A DNA stretch of 64,000 nt from Clostridia bacterium (GTDB lineage: Bacteria; Bacillota; Clostridia; UMGS1840): positions 21,794 to 85,793 of the forward strand of contig JAFUIN010000003.1 in assembly GCA_017468465.1 (NCBI GenBank). Direction: 5' to 3'. The notes below the pieces were generated by a model. That model worked only from the letters and a program-made list of their open reading frames with translations, did no database searches and was not told where the DNA came from. The translations under genes and the position numbers were made by a program. Position 1 is the first letter of the stretch; each line of letters opens with the position of its first letter. Positions 47,893 to 57,056 of this stretch are shown in pieces.

Positions 47893-48714
47893 TTAACAAT
47901 ATTCCCGATAGCTTTTATCTGTATCAGAAATGTGGATATTATGACGGACTCCCCGCTTTTCTTCCGGTGGAAGCCGCATATAGTCACCATATATCTTTAC
48001 TAATATAGCTTCATACTTTCTTGGACAAAGATAGGACTTCTCTCCAAAAGGAAGCGGCACAACCTCATCGTAAATCTCTTTTGGTATATAAGTTCTTGTT
48101 TTATAGCCGGATAACAAACTTCCAACCGTTTTAGACTTGTCATAATCGTATTTAGAAAGGATTTTATCCAACTTTCTTTGAAGTCTTTGTTGATTGGTAA
48201 AAAAAGATAAAACCGTCTTTATCAACTTTCTCCAGGTACTGCCCTGCACATAAGGAGCATCCCAAAAATAGCGAATCAACACACATTGAAGCACAATCCT
48301 TTTATTATGAATATACTGCATCCACTGATGCTCAGATACCCCGTCATAAGGAAAAATATCGATATAAATTCCATGATTGATGTTTAGATGCTTCACGCTA
48401 TTTTCAACATGTGTGGTATTAGAATTTCTTATCTTGGCAAAATTCTGCATATACTCGGGATCTGTTTCATAGGTTTGCAAAAATAAATGCTCGGGCAACA
48501 GTTCCTGTGCAATTTCCAAAAATTTATTGTAATCTGCACGAGGCATTCCAATATCAATATCATCATCCCAGGGAATGATGTCCTGATGGCGCACAGCACC
48601 CAGCAATGTTCCGGCTACAAGAAAATAACGCAATCCCTGTTGCTCACAAATAGCAACAATTTCATCCAAGATATCTTTTTGCTTTTGTTGAAGAATTTTT
48701 AAGTTCTGATACAT
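47893..48714 (-). CDS. LicD-family phosphotransferase (copy 2)
   Basis: I chose the start at the ATG at 48714 (MYQNLK...); the track start is a GTG 3 codons upstream. It carries the AGTLLGAVRHQDIIPWDDDIDIGM motif. Confidence 0.8.
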   Translation of the reverse strand: MYQNLKILQQKQKDILDEIVAICEQQGLRYFLVAGTLLGAVRHQDIIPWDDDIDIGMPRADYNKFLEIAQELLPEHLFLQTYETDPEYMQNFAKIRNSNTTHVENSVKHLNINHGIYIDIFPYDGVSEHQWMQYIHNKRIVLQCVLIRYFWDAPYVQGSTWRKLIKTVLSFFTNQQRLQRKLDKILSKYDYDKSKTVGSLLSGYKTRTYIPKEIYDEVVPLPFGEKSYLCPRKYEAILVKIYGDYMRLPPEEKRGVRHNIHISDTDKSYREYC

Positions 48715-48819
48715 AGCATTCACCCAATTTCAATTTCTATCATTTTATATTACAATATCATCTTACAGCCCAAACTTCTCTGATATCACGCTCGCCGATT
48801 TTATAGGCTTGCATATTCG

Positions 48820-49989
48820 TCACCCTTTATACCAATTATTTTTGATAATGGGAGCCTCGCTCAGAGGACCGCTTTCATAATGCGGGGTTTTCTGTCCCAA
48901 AAGATATGCCTCGGCAGTTTCTAAAAAACGACTTGCCGCTGTTGCAACATTCCATTCCATCTCCAAAGTCTGATATGCTTTTTGAGCAATTTGACCCCAG
49001 CTGTCCGGATGGTCCAAAAGATGCTTTACTGTTTTGTAAAAAGAGCATTGCCCTCTGTATAAAAATCCGTTTTCACCGTCTTTTAACAGATAAGGTGCAG
49101 AACCTATCAAACTATTGGCAACCACAACACAACCGCTGTTCATTGCCTCATTCATCACAGCACCCCAGCCTTCTCTTTTACTGGAGGTAAAGAGGAAGAT
49201 GTTTGCATCTTCCATATATTCCCGTACCTTTTCGGGAGGCATAGCTCCCAAAAAAGATACGCAATGTTCTAATTTATGTTTTTTCACATAGGCTTTAAGC
49301 TTCGCTTCCAGATTTCCTGTTCCAATAATGGAAAGCTGAAACCGATATCCTGCATCGGAAAGCTTTTTGGCAACTCTCAAAGCATCTATGGTTCGTTTCC
49401 AATCAATAAAGCGGCCTACCCATAACAGCTTGGGCACTTCGTGTTGTTTTTTACTGAGAAGCTCCCCTTCCGGATAGGATAAAAACTCAGGAAAATATCC
49501 CCATTTTAAGCAACGGTTTTGAAAAGAATGCAATAAGCTTAAATCGTAAGGTGTAAAGGCACTGGCAGACAGCATATAAAAATTGGACTGCTTTGACGGC
49601 ACCTGATAGCGAATTGCCATATTTTTTCGGATATCCGGGCGAAGAAGCGCAAGACATCCCCGTTTGAATAACCGCTCCGTGTATAAAAAGGTCAGTTTGT
49701 TTTGAGCAATTCTCTCCTGCAATAAATCAGGATGTCCCGACCCAAAAATAACCACATCGCTGTCTTTGGCTAACTGTTTTGCAATTTCGTAATTTTCTTT
49801 TGACTGACTCACATTGATAAGATAAGGAATGGTTTCTCCCTCATAGGTGGAATAGCCCAACTTTTTGCGTTCCTCTTTAATGTTTTTCATCACCACAAAC
49901 CGAAAGGAAGCGCCCAGTTTTTGATACAGTTCTTCACAAAATGGCTTTTGATGATGAGACATCACATTACTAAAAAAGGTGAGTTTCAT
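48820..49989 (-). CDS. GT-B fold glycosyltransferase (family 4-like)
   Basis: 389 aa with the C-terminal EX7E-type motif REGWGAVMNEAMNSGCVVV. Confidence 0.75.
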   Translation of the reverse strand: MKLTFFSNVMSHHQKPFCEELYQKLGASFRFVVMKNIKEERKKLGYSTYEGETIPYLINVSQSKENYEIAKQLAKDSDVVIFGSGHPDLLQERIAQNKLTFLYTERLFKRGCLALLRPDIRKNMAIRYQVPSKQSNFYMLSASAFTPYDLSLLHSFQNRCLKWGYFPEFLSYPEGELLSKKQHEVPKLLWVGRFIDWKRTIDALRVAKKLSDAGYRFQLSIIGTGNLEAKLKAYVKKHKLEHCVSFLGAMPPEKVREYMEDANIFLFTSSKREGWGAVMNEAMNSGCVVVANSLIGSAPYLLKDGENGFLYRGQCSFYKTVKHLLDHPDSWGQIAQKAYQTLEMEWNVATAASRFLETAEAYLLGQKTPHYESGPLSEAPIIKNNWYKG

Positions 49990-50030
49990 AAAATATCGTC
50001 TCCCTTCTCTGATTCCTAAGGGAAATAGAT

Positions 50031-51302
50031 TTATTGTTTCAAAATTTCCCCATAAATCCGGAACAGTGTTTTGCCGTAATGTTGGTCGGCATAAGCTTCT
50101 TTCATAAATTTGGATGCGTTCTGTCCCAAGCTTTCTGCCATGGTGGAATCCAAAAACAAGGTTTTTATATGGTATGCAAGCATTTCATACTCCTCAAACC
50201 GATACAGCAGCCCTGTGTTCCCATGCACAACCGTTTCATAAATGTCTCCTACAAATGCAGAAACCACAGGCATTCCAAGCATCATAGCCTCTCGCAAGGT
50301 TGCTGATTCGTTTTCTATAACAGAGGGCATCACAAAAACACTGCTCTGACACATATATTCCGCCATTTGCTCCGAGGTTAAAGCGCCTAAAAACTCCACA
50401 TTGCTTTCCAATCCATATTTTTGAATCAGCTTTTTCAGATAGGTAATATAGGTAGGTTCAAACAACCACTTTGGATTTCGGGAAGCAATGCTGCCGGGAA
50501 TGCGAAGCAAAACATCAGGAAATTCTTCTTTTAACAGGTGAATTGCCTCAATTGCCTGATGTAACCCCTTATATGCAGTACGTCCCGCAAGACAAAACAA
50601 ACTGTGTGGTTTTGCCTCGTTATGATTCCAACACCTTTCAGAAAACACCTTCCGGATGGGAAGCTTGTCGTAAAAGGTAGGAAGCTTTGGCAGCTTCATT
50701 TGATATTGCATCACTGCCCACTCGTTATCCGAAAAAATACCTGCAGATGTCTGAATCATTTTCAGCTCAAGCTCTGCCTGTTTTTCCATAAAACGAGAAT
50801 CTTTGTTATATTTATTGGCTTTCAAACCGTCAAAAAAGGACAACTCCTTTTTCATCTGCTTCACCGGCAAGTGTCCGTTGGGATATTTACTGATTGCGTT
50901 GATGGCGCCCTGAATGCGATACACAATGGGAATGTGTTTGATGCTCTTTGCCAAATCATAACCAATCGAAAATTCCGTGCCCCAAATGTGAATCAAATCC
51001 GGATGAATCCGCTCAATTTCAGATAGCCATATCTTCAGTTTTTGGGAGGAAGTGCTTTTTCCGCGGGGGCATCTGCCGAGATTTAAGCAAATATATTCCA
51101 CTCTGCCTTCCTTTTTTCTGCGGATTTCTTTGATTTTGGAGGTGGTGAGCACCGTTAACTCCACTGCGCTGTCTGCCTCCAGTAAAGAAATCATCGCTTC
51201 ATCAATCCAGGTTCCGCTTTGGGCGCGGGATAAGCCTAACGCATTGGATATTTCACCAATGGGAGAATTGAGAATCCATAAAACATTCATAACCAAGCCC
51301 AA
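50031..51302 (-). CDS. GT-B fold glycosyltransferase (family 4-like)
   Basis: 423 aa from the TTG start at 51302; an alternative ATG at 51290 gives MNVLWILNS. It carries the IENESATLREAMMLGMPVV motif. Confidence 0.75.
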   Translation of the reverse strand: MGLVMNVLWILNSPIGEISNALGLSRAQSGTWIDEAMISLLEADSAVELTVLTTSKIKEIRRKKEGRVEYICLNLGRCPRGKSTSSQKLKIWLSEIERIHPDLIHIWGTEFSIGYDLAKSIKHIPIVYRIQGAINAISKYPNGHLPVKQMKKELSFFDGLKANKYNKDSRFMEKQAELELKMIQTSAGIFSDNEWAVMQYQMKLPKLPTFYDKLPIRKVFSERCWNHNEAKPHSLFCLAGRTAYKGLHQAIEAIHLLKEEFPDVLLRIPGSIASRNPKWLFEPTYITYLKKLIQKYGLESNVEFLGALTSEQMAEYMCQSSVFVMPSVIENESATLREAMMLGMPVVSAFVGDIYETVVHGNTGLLYRFEEYEMLAYHIKTLFLDSTMAESLGQNASKFMKEAYADQHYGKTLFRIYGEILKQ

Positions 51303-51305
51303 CCT

Positions 51306-52412
51306 TTACATTCCGTAAGTTTGCCAGAAGAAATAATAAGGCGAAATTCCCAAACTTTGGGATTTGAAAAACATATATCCGGGAAGTATCAACGCAAATG
51401 CCGAGGCGATATAACGGGTATTCCGATCCTCAATGTCGGAAATGATATTTCCCAGAAGCACTACATTAAAAATGTAAAAATACTGATTCATTCGTCCAAT
51501 CATGTTGGATGACATGGAAAGCACCTGAATGATGGCATAAAGAAACGATCCGGCAAAACAAAGAGAAGAAAACTGCTCTTGCTGCTCATCCTTTATTTTG
51601 CGGCGTTCCCAGAAGAACAAACAAAACATAGGAATCAAAAGCGCCACAATTACCAATAGCGGATTGACCTGATGCTTGTCGCTCACCAACCCATACACTT
51701 CATACTTCGTGGGCATAAAGTAAGACAAAATCGGAATCAGCACCGGTCGCAGCACGATGCAGGCAACCGAAAAGCAGGAAATAATCCAACCACTGACTTT
51801 TTTTATGGTCACATACCTTGCAAAATAGAACACAATGAAGAAAATTGCCGACTGATGAAAGGTAGATGCTAAAAGAACCATCAGGAAAAATTTTATTGGT
51901 TTTTTCTTTAATATGTAATCAATCCCAAGCCAACAGATACAACAAGCAATAGACTGACGAATGCCGGACATAGACATGGTGAAAAGTCCGATGGTTGTAT
52001 GCAGATAAAATCCCCAAAACGGGTTTTTACACCATTTGTATATCATCCTGGAAATACAAACCGCAATAAATAACCCATACAGCATCAGATAGATTTCGTC
52101 CGGAACATGCAGAGAATAAAGAATCTTTCCCACCAAGGTAAAGCCAAGTTCCTTGGAAAGCCAGATGTCCCACTGTAGAAACATGTCCCAATCGTAATAC
52201 GCAGATGCCTGGTAACGGCTTAGATATCGAGGAGTATCAATTCCTACCAGATAATGCCGGAAGCCCATAATAAAAAACAGTGTGAATCCGGATATCCAAA
52301 CGAAAATTTTCTTTCGCCGTTGCAAGCCTTCCGCTGATATTTTATTGTCCTGATACAACAGATAGTAAAATGCTATCAGCCATATTAAAATCATAAATAC
52401 ATAAGGTGTCAT
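51306..52412 (-). CDS. EpsG-family / Wzy-like polymerase membrane protein (copy 1)
   Basis: 368 aa with about 10 TM segments and an MTPYVFMILIWL start. Confidence 0.7.
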   Translation of the reverse strand: MTPYVFMILIWLIAFYYLLYQDNKISAEGLQRRKKIFVWISGFTLFFIMGFRHYLVGIDTPRYLSRYQASAYYDWDMFLQWDIWLSKELGFTLVGKILYSLHVPDEIYLMLYGLFIAVCISRMIYKWCKNPFWGFYLHTTIGLFTMSMSGIRQSIACCICWLGIDYILKKKPIKFFLMVLLASTFHQSAIFFIVFYFARYVTIKKVSGWIISCFSVACIVLRPVLIPILSYFMPTKYEVYGLVSDKHQVNPLLVIVALLIPMFCLFFWERRKIKDEQQEQFSSLCFAGSFLYAIIQVLSMSSNMIGRMNQYFYIFNVVLLGNIISDIEDRNTRYIASAFALILPGYMFFKSQSLGISPYYFFWQTYGM

Positions 52413-52459
52413 AAAAATTAACCTCTTTTATTGAATCTTCTGTTCTGACCTTATTGCTG

Positions 52460-53566
52460 CTATTCTCCGTATATTTGCCAAAAGAAATAATAAGGAGAAA
52501 TTCCCAAACTCTGCGCTTTGAAAAACATATATCCGGGAAGTATCAAGGCAAATACAGACGCAATATAACGGGTTTTATAGTCTTTAATTTCAGAAATAAC
52601 ATTTCCCAAAAGCACTACATTAAAAATGTAAAAATACTGATTCATTCGCCCAATCATATTGGATGAAATGGAAAGCACCTGAATGAGAGCATAGCAAAAT
52701 GAACCTGCAAAACAAAGGGAATAAAACTGATCCTTTTTTTTATCTGTTGTTTCACATCGTTCCCAGAAAAACAAACAAAACATAGGGATTAAAAGAGCAA
52801 TCACCACCAGAAGCGGATTGACCTGATGCTTGTCGCTTACCAACCCATAAATTTCATATTTTGCAGGCATAACATAAGACAAAAGCGGAATCAGCACAGG
52901 CCTCAGCAGAACGAAAGCTACCGAAAAACAGGAAATCATCCATCCGCTAACCTTTTTAATGGTCACATACCTTGCAAAGTAAAACGCCAAAAAGAAAATT
53001 GCCGACTGATGAAAGGTGGCCGCCAAAAGCACCAGCAAAATAAATCTAATGGGCTTTTTTTCTAAAATATAATCAATTCCAAGCCAGCAGATGCAGCAAG
53101 CAATGGACTGACGCATCCCCGACATAGACATGGTGAAAAGCCCAATGGTCGTATGAAGATAAAATCCCCAAAACGGATTTTTGCACCACTTGTATATAAA
53201 TCTGGAAATACAAACAGAGATAAATAAACCATATAGTAACAGATACATCTTATCTGATGCATGCAAAGAATAAAGAATTTTACCAACCAAGGTAAACCCA
53301 AGCTCTTTGGGAATCCAGATATCCCACCGACGAAACATCTCCCATTTCTGATAGGGGGAAGCGTAATAACGGCTTAAATAATGCGGGGTATCAATTCCTA
53401 CCAGATAATGCCGGAACCCCATAATAAAAAACAGTGTAAATCCGGATATCCAGATAAAAATTTTCTTTCGTCGTTGTAGCCCTTCATCTGATATCTTTTT
53501 GGCTTTATATAACAGTCCGTAAAATAAGGTCAGCCATATTAAAATCATAAAAACATATGGTGTCAT
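52460..53566 (-). CDS. EpsG-family / Wzy-like polymerase membrane protein (copy 2)
   Basis: 368 aa. It is collinear with copy 1 over its whole length, and most residues look identical by eye. Confidence 0.7.
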   Translation of the reverse strand: MTPYVFMILIWLTLFYGLLYKAKKISDEGLQRRKKIFIWISGFTLFFIMGFRHYLVGIDTPHYLSRYYASPYQKWEMFRRWDIWIPKELGFTLVGKILYSLHASDKMYLLLYGLFISVCISRFIYKWCKNPFWGFYLHTTIGLFTMSMSGMRQSIACCICWLGIDYILEKKPIRFILLVLLAATFHQSAIFFLAFYFARYVTIKKVSGWMISCFSVAFVLLRPVLIPLLSYVMPAKYEIYGLVSDKHQVNPLLVVIALLIPMFCLFFWERCETTDKKKDQFYSLCFAGSFCYALIQVLSISSNMIGRMNQYFYIFNVVLLGNVISEIKDYKTRYIASVFALILPGYMFFKAQSLGISPYYFFWQIYGE

Positions 53567-53610
53567 AAATCACCTCTAATATTAAATGTTCTGCTCTGAC
53601 CTTGGTTTTT

Positions 53611-54723
53611 CTACCCACCATATGTTTGCCAAAAGAAATAATAGGGCGAAATTCCCAAGCTTTGTGCTTTGAAAAACATATACCCGGGAAATAAAATAGT
53701 AGCCAACAAGACCACATATCGTGTTTTATAATCGCTAATATCCGAAACGATATTCCCCAAAAGAATAACATTAAAAATATAAAAATACTGACTCATTCGT
53801 CCAATCATATTGGAGGAAAGAGACAACGTTGTAATAATAGCATACAATAACGAACCGCAAAAGCATAGAGAACACAGCGGTTCCTCCTCGTTTGCAATGG
53901 TTTTCTCCCGTTCCCAGAAAAACAAACAAAATGCAGGAATTAAAAGCGCAACTCCAACCAAAATCGGATTGACAGGGTACTTATCGTTCACAAGACCGTA
54001 AATATTATATTTTTCCGGTAGAAGATAGGTAAAAACGGTAACAAACACAGTTTTGAGAAATACAAAGCTTAAACAAACCAGCCACAATAACCAGCCACTT
54101 ATTTTATTGGTTTTTATATATCTTGCAAAGTAAAACGCCAAAAAGAAAATTGCCGACTGGTGAAAGGTGGATGCTAAAAGCACCAGCAAAAAAAAACTAA
54201 CTGGCTTTTTCTCAAAAATGTAATCAATTCCCAGCCAGCAGATACAGCAAGCAATGGATTGACGCATTCCCGACATTGACATGGTAAAAAGCCCAATGGT
54301 GGTGTGCAAATAAAATCCCAAAAAAGGATTTTTGCACCAACGATATACCAGCAGTGATATACACAGGGAAATAAACAGTGCATAAAGAATCAGATAAACC
54401 TGCTCTCCTACTCCGATTGTCTGTAAAATTTTACCTATGAGGGTAAAACCAAGTTCATATTTCAGCCATTTTCCAAAATCCAGAAAATAACTCCATTCGT
54501 ATCGTCCACTCACCCGATATCGTTCCAAATACCGCATAGTGTCGAATCCCACATATTTGTGACGCAGCCCCATCACAACAAATAATGCGATACCGGCAAA
54601 CAATATGTAGGCTTTCTTGTGTTTTTCAATCCCACTAAAATCTTCTTTTATCTCTTGTGGAACATAAATCAACCAGTAATACATAGCCAACCAGAAAACA
54701 ATCATAAAAACATACGCAGTCAT
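53611..54723 (-). CDS. EpsG-family / Wzy-like polymerase membrane protein (copy 3)
   Basis: 370 aa. It is collinear with copies 1 and 2 but more diverged, and shares the same invariant central block. Confidence 0.7.
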   Translation of the reverse strand: MTAYVFMIVFWLAMYYWLIYVPQEIKEDFSGIEKHKKAYILFAGIALFVVMGLRHKYVGFDTMRYLERYRVSGRYEWSYFLDFGKWLKYELGFTLIGKILQTIGVGEQVYLILYALFISLCISLLVYRWCKNPFLGFYLHTTIGLFTMSMSGMRQSIACCICWLGIDYIFEKKPVSFFLLVLLASTFHQSAIFFLAFYFARYIKTNKISGWLLWLVCLSFVFLKTVFVTVFTYLLPEKYNIYGLVNDKYPVNPILVGVALLIPAFCLFFWEREKTIANEEEPLCSLCFCGSLLYAIITTLSLSSNMIGRMSQYFYIFNVILLGNIVSDISDYKTRYVVLLATILFPGYMFFKAQSLGISPYYFFWQTYGG

Positions 54724-54757
54724 AAATCCCTCAATTCAGCAAAAATGAAAAAGATGT

Positions 54758-55732
54758 TTACAAGTTTTCCTTATACCAATCTACCGCCAATTCAATGCCG
54801 CGGCTAAAATCATAGTCAGGGTCGTAACCCAACAGCGTTCTTGCTTTGGTGATGTCCGCATTGGAATGCTTGATATCACCTGCACGGTCGGGACCGTAGT
54901 TGGGTTCAATGTTTTTGCCTAACAATTCGCAAAGCTTATGGTATAAATCAATCAGATATTCCTGACCGCCGTAAGCTATGTTAAAGGCTTCTCCGGCAGC
55001 TTCCGGCCCGGAAAGCATCCCCTTCAGATTGGCTTCTATCACGTTTTCAATATAAGTAAAATCACGAGATTGTTTGCCATCACCGTTAATGGTGGGTGCT
55101 TCATCATTTAAGAGCGCTTTTACAAATTTCGGAATTACTGCTGCATAGTAGCCGTGCGGGTCCTGACGGCGTCCAAACACGTTAAAATAGCGAAAGCCTA
55201 CTGTTTCCAAACCATACAGCTTGGTATACAGTCTGCCATATTCTTCGTCTGTTTTTTTCGTTAAAGCATAGGGAGAAAGCACTTTTCCCACTCTGTCCTC
55301 GGTTTTGGGAAGATTCGGCTCATCTCCATACACGGAAGAACTGGATGCGTACACGAATTTTTTCACACCATTCTGCCGTGCCGCCTCCATCATATTCAAC
55401 GTGCCGCCAATGTTGATGTCTTCATATAAAAGGGGCATTTCAATACTTCTGGGAACACTGCCCCACGCCGCCTGATGAGAAACATAGTCAATCCCTTCAC
55501 AGGCTTTCATACAGGTATCAAAGTTTCTGATATCCCCTTCCAGCAGCTCAAAATTGGGATGTTCCAAAAAGGGCGCAATATTCTCCCGCTTGCCGGTGGA
55601 AAAATCGTCTAAACATCTTACAAAAAAGCCCATATTGAGAATGGCTTCGCAAAGGTTGGAGCCGATAAAGCCGGCACCACCCGTTATCAAAAATCGTGAA
55701 TTGGAAGGAAATTTTAATGTTTTGTAGCCCAT
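54758..55732 (-). CDS. SDR-family nucleotide-sugar 4-epimerase (TviC/WbpP-like)
   Basis: 324 aa with a GGAGFIGSNL Rossmann motif and a YALTK catalytic YxxxK. It is paired with a TviB/WbpO-like dehydrogenase. Confidence 0.75.
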   Translation of the reverse strand: MGYKTLKFPSNSRFLITGGAGFIGSNLCEAILNMGFFVRCLDDFSTGKRENIAPFLEHPNFELLEGDIRNFDTCMKACEGIDYVSHQAAWGSVPRSIEMPLLYEDINIGGTLNMMEAARQNGVKKFVYASSSSVYGDEPNLPKTEDRVGKVLSPYALTKKTDEEYGRLYTKLYGLETVGFRYFNVFGRRQDPHGYYAAVIPKFVKALLNDEAPTINGDGKQSRDFTYIENVIEANLKGMLSGPEAAGEAFNIAYGGQEYLIDLYHKLCELLGKNIEPNYGPDRAGDIKHSNADITKARTLLGYDPDYDFSRGIELAVDWYKENL

Positions 55733-55736
55733 AATT

Positions 55737-57056
55737 TTATAATCTCCAATAGTTATAATCTAAACCTTCTGCTTCTTTTCTGTCAAGCACACCTTTGATG
55801 TCTACCAACACTTTTTTGTTGTTGGGAACATCTTTGAAAAACTTGTCAAAGTCTGAAAGGCTCATTTTCATAAATTCTTCGTGGCTGACTGCAATAATCA
55901 AACAATCCAAATCTTTAATTTCTTCCAAAGAAGCAAACTTGATGCCATATTCATGCAACGCTTCCGCTTGATCGGCAACCGGATCGTACACCATCGGCAC
56001 CACGTCATACTCTTTCAATTCATTCATAATATCAATGACTCTGGTATTACGGGTGTCAGGGCAGTTTTCCTTAAAGGTGAAGCCAAACAGTGCCACCTTT
56101 GCATGTTTAATGGAAACATCTGCACGGATTAAATTTTTAATGATGTTTTCTGCCACATATTTTCCCATATCGTCGTTGATGGTTCTGCCGGACAGAATAA
56201 TTTTGCTGTGATATCCAAGCTGCTCTGCTTTATATGTCAGATAATAGGGGTCAACACCAATACAATGTCCGCCAACCAAGCCGGGAGAAAACTTCAAAAA
56301 GTTCCATTTGGTACCTGCTGCTTCCAGCACCGCTTTGGTATCAATGCCCATTTTGTTGAAAATAATGGACAATTCATTCATAAATGCAATGTTAATATCA
56401 CGCTGGCTGTTTTCAATGACCTTCGCTGCTTCTGCAACCTTAATGCTTTCTGCTCGGTGAACACCTGCATCTACCACCAGCTCATACACTCTGGCAACGG
56501 TGTCCAGCGTTTCTTCGTCCATACCGGAAACAATTTTCACAATGGTTTCTAAACGATGTACTTTATCACCGGGATTGATTCGTTCGGGGGAATAACCGAT
56601 TTTGAAATCCACTCCGCATTTTAAGCCGCTTTCTTGTTCTAAAATAGGCACACAAACCTCTTCGGTAACACCGGGATAAACGGTGCTTTCAAATACTACC
56701 ACAGAGCCTTTGGTTAAATTCTGCCCCAAAATACGGCTGGCACCCTCCACGGGAGTCAGATCCGGAGTGTGATCGGAATTAACCGGAGTGGGTACTGCCA
56801 CGATATGAAATTTTGCTTCCTTCAAACGTGCAGGATCTGCTGTAAAGTCAACGGTAGTTGCCTGGATGGCCTCGTCTCCCACTTCTTTTGTGGGGTCAAT
56901 CCCCTTTTGATAGAGTTCAATTTTTTTCTTGTTCAAATCGAACCCAATCACCTCTGCTTTTTTCGCAAAGGCAACTGCGATGGGCATTCCAACGTAACCC
57001 AATCCGACCAGAGAAATTTTTTCTTCCCGGTTTACAATTTTTTCATATAAATTCAT
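55737..57056 (-). CDS. UDP-N-acetylhexosamine 6-dehydrogenase-type nucleotide-sugar dehydrogenase (TviB/WbpO-like)
   Basis: 439 aa with VGLGYVGMPIA NAD binding and a GGHCIGVDP catalytic cysteine. Confidence 0.75.
   Translation of the reverse strand: MNLYEKIVNREEKISLVGLGYVGMPIAVAFAKKAEVIGFDLNKKKIELYQKGIDPTKEVGDEAIQATTVDFTADPARLKEAKFHIVAVPTPVNSDHTPDLTPVEGASRILGQNLTKGSVVVFESTVYPGVTEEVCVPILEQESGLKCGVDFKIGYSPERINPGDKVHRLETIVKIVSGMDEETLDTVARVYELVVDAGVHRAESIKVAEAAKVIENSQRDINIAFMNELSIIFNKMGIDTKAVLEAAGTKWNFLKFSPGLVGGHCIGVDPYYLTYKAEQLGYHSKIILSGRTINDDMGKYVAENIIKNLIRADVSIKHAKVALFGFTFKENCPDTRNTRVIDIMNELKEYDVVPMVYDPVADQAEALHEYGIKFASLEEIKDLDCLIIAVSHEEFMKMSLSDFDKFFKDVPNNKKVLVDIKGVLDRKEAEGLDYNYWRL

Larger units (their letters stand above)
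51306..54723 (-). repeat. Tandem array of three paralogous polymerase genes
   Basis: Start-to-start periods are 1154 and 1157 bp. The short spacers also share a motif (TTCTGyTCTGACCTT). Confidence 0.85.

Noticed and set aside
51306-54723. I considered whether the ~1.15-kb periodic repeat could be an IS element, a CRISPR-like array or an assembly artefact.
   Set aside because: Each unit is a complete, intact membrane-protein ORF with diverged synonymous sites. There are no inverted terminal repeats, no transposase and no short direct repeats with spacers.
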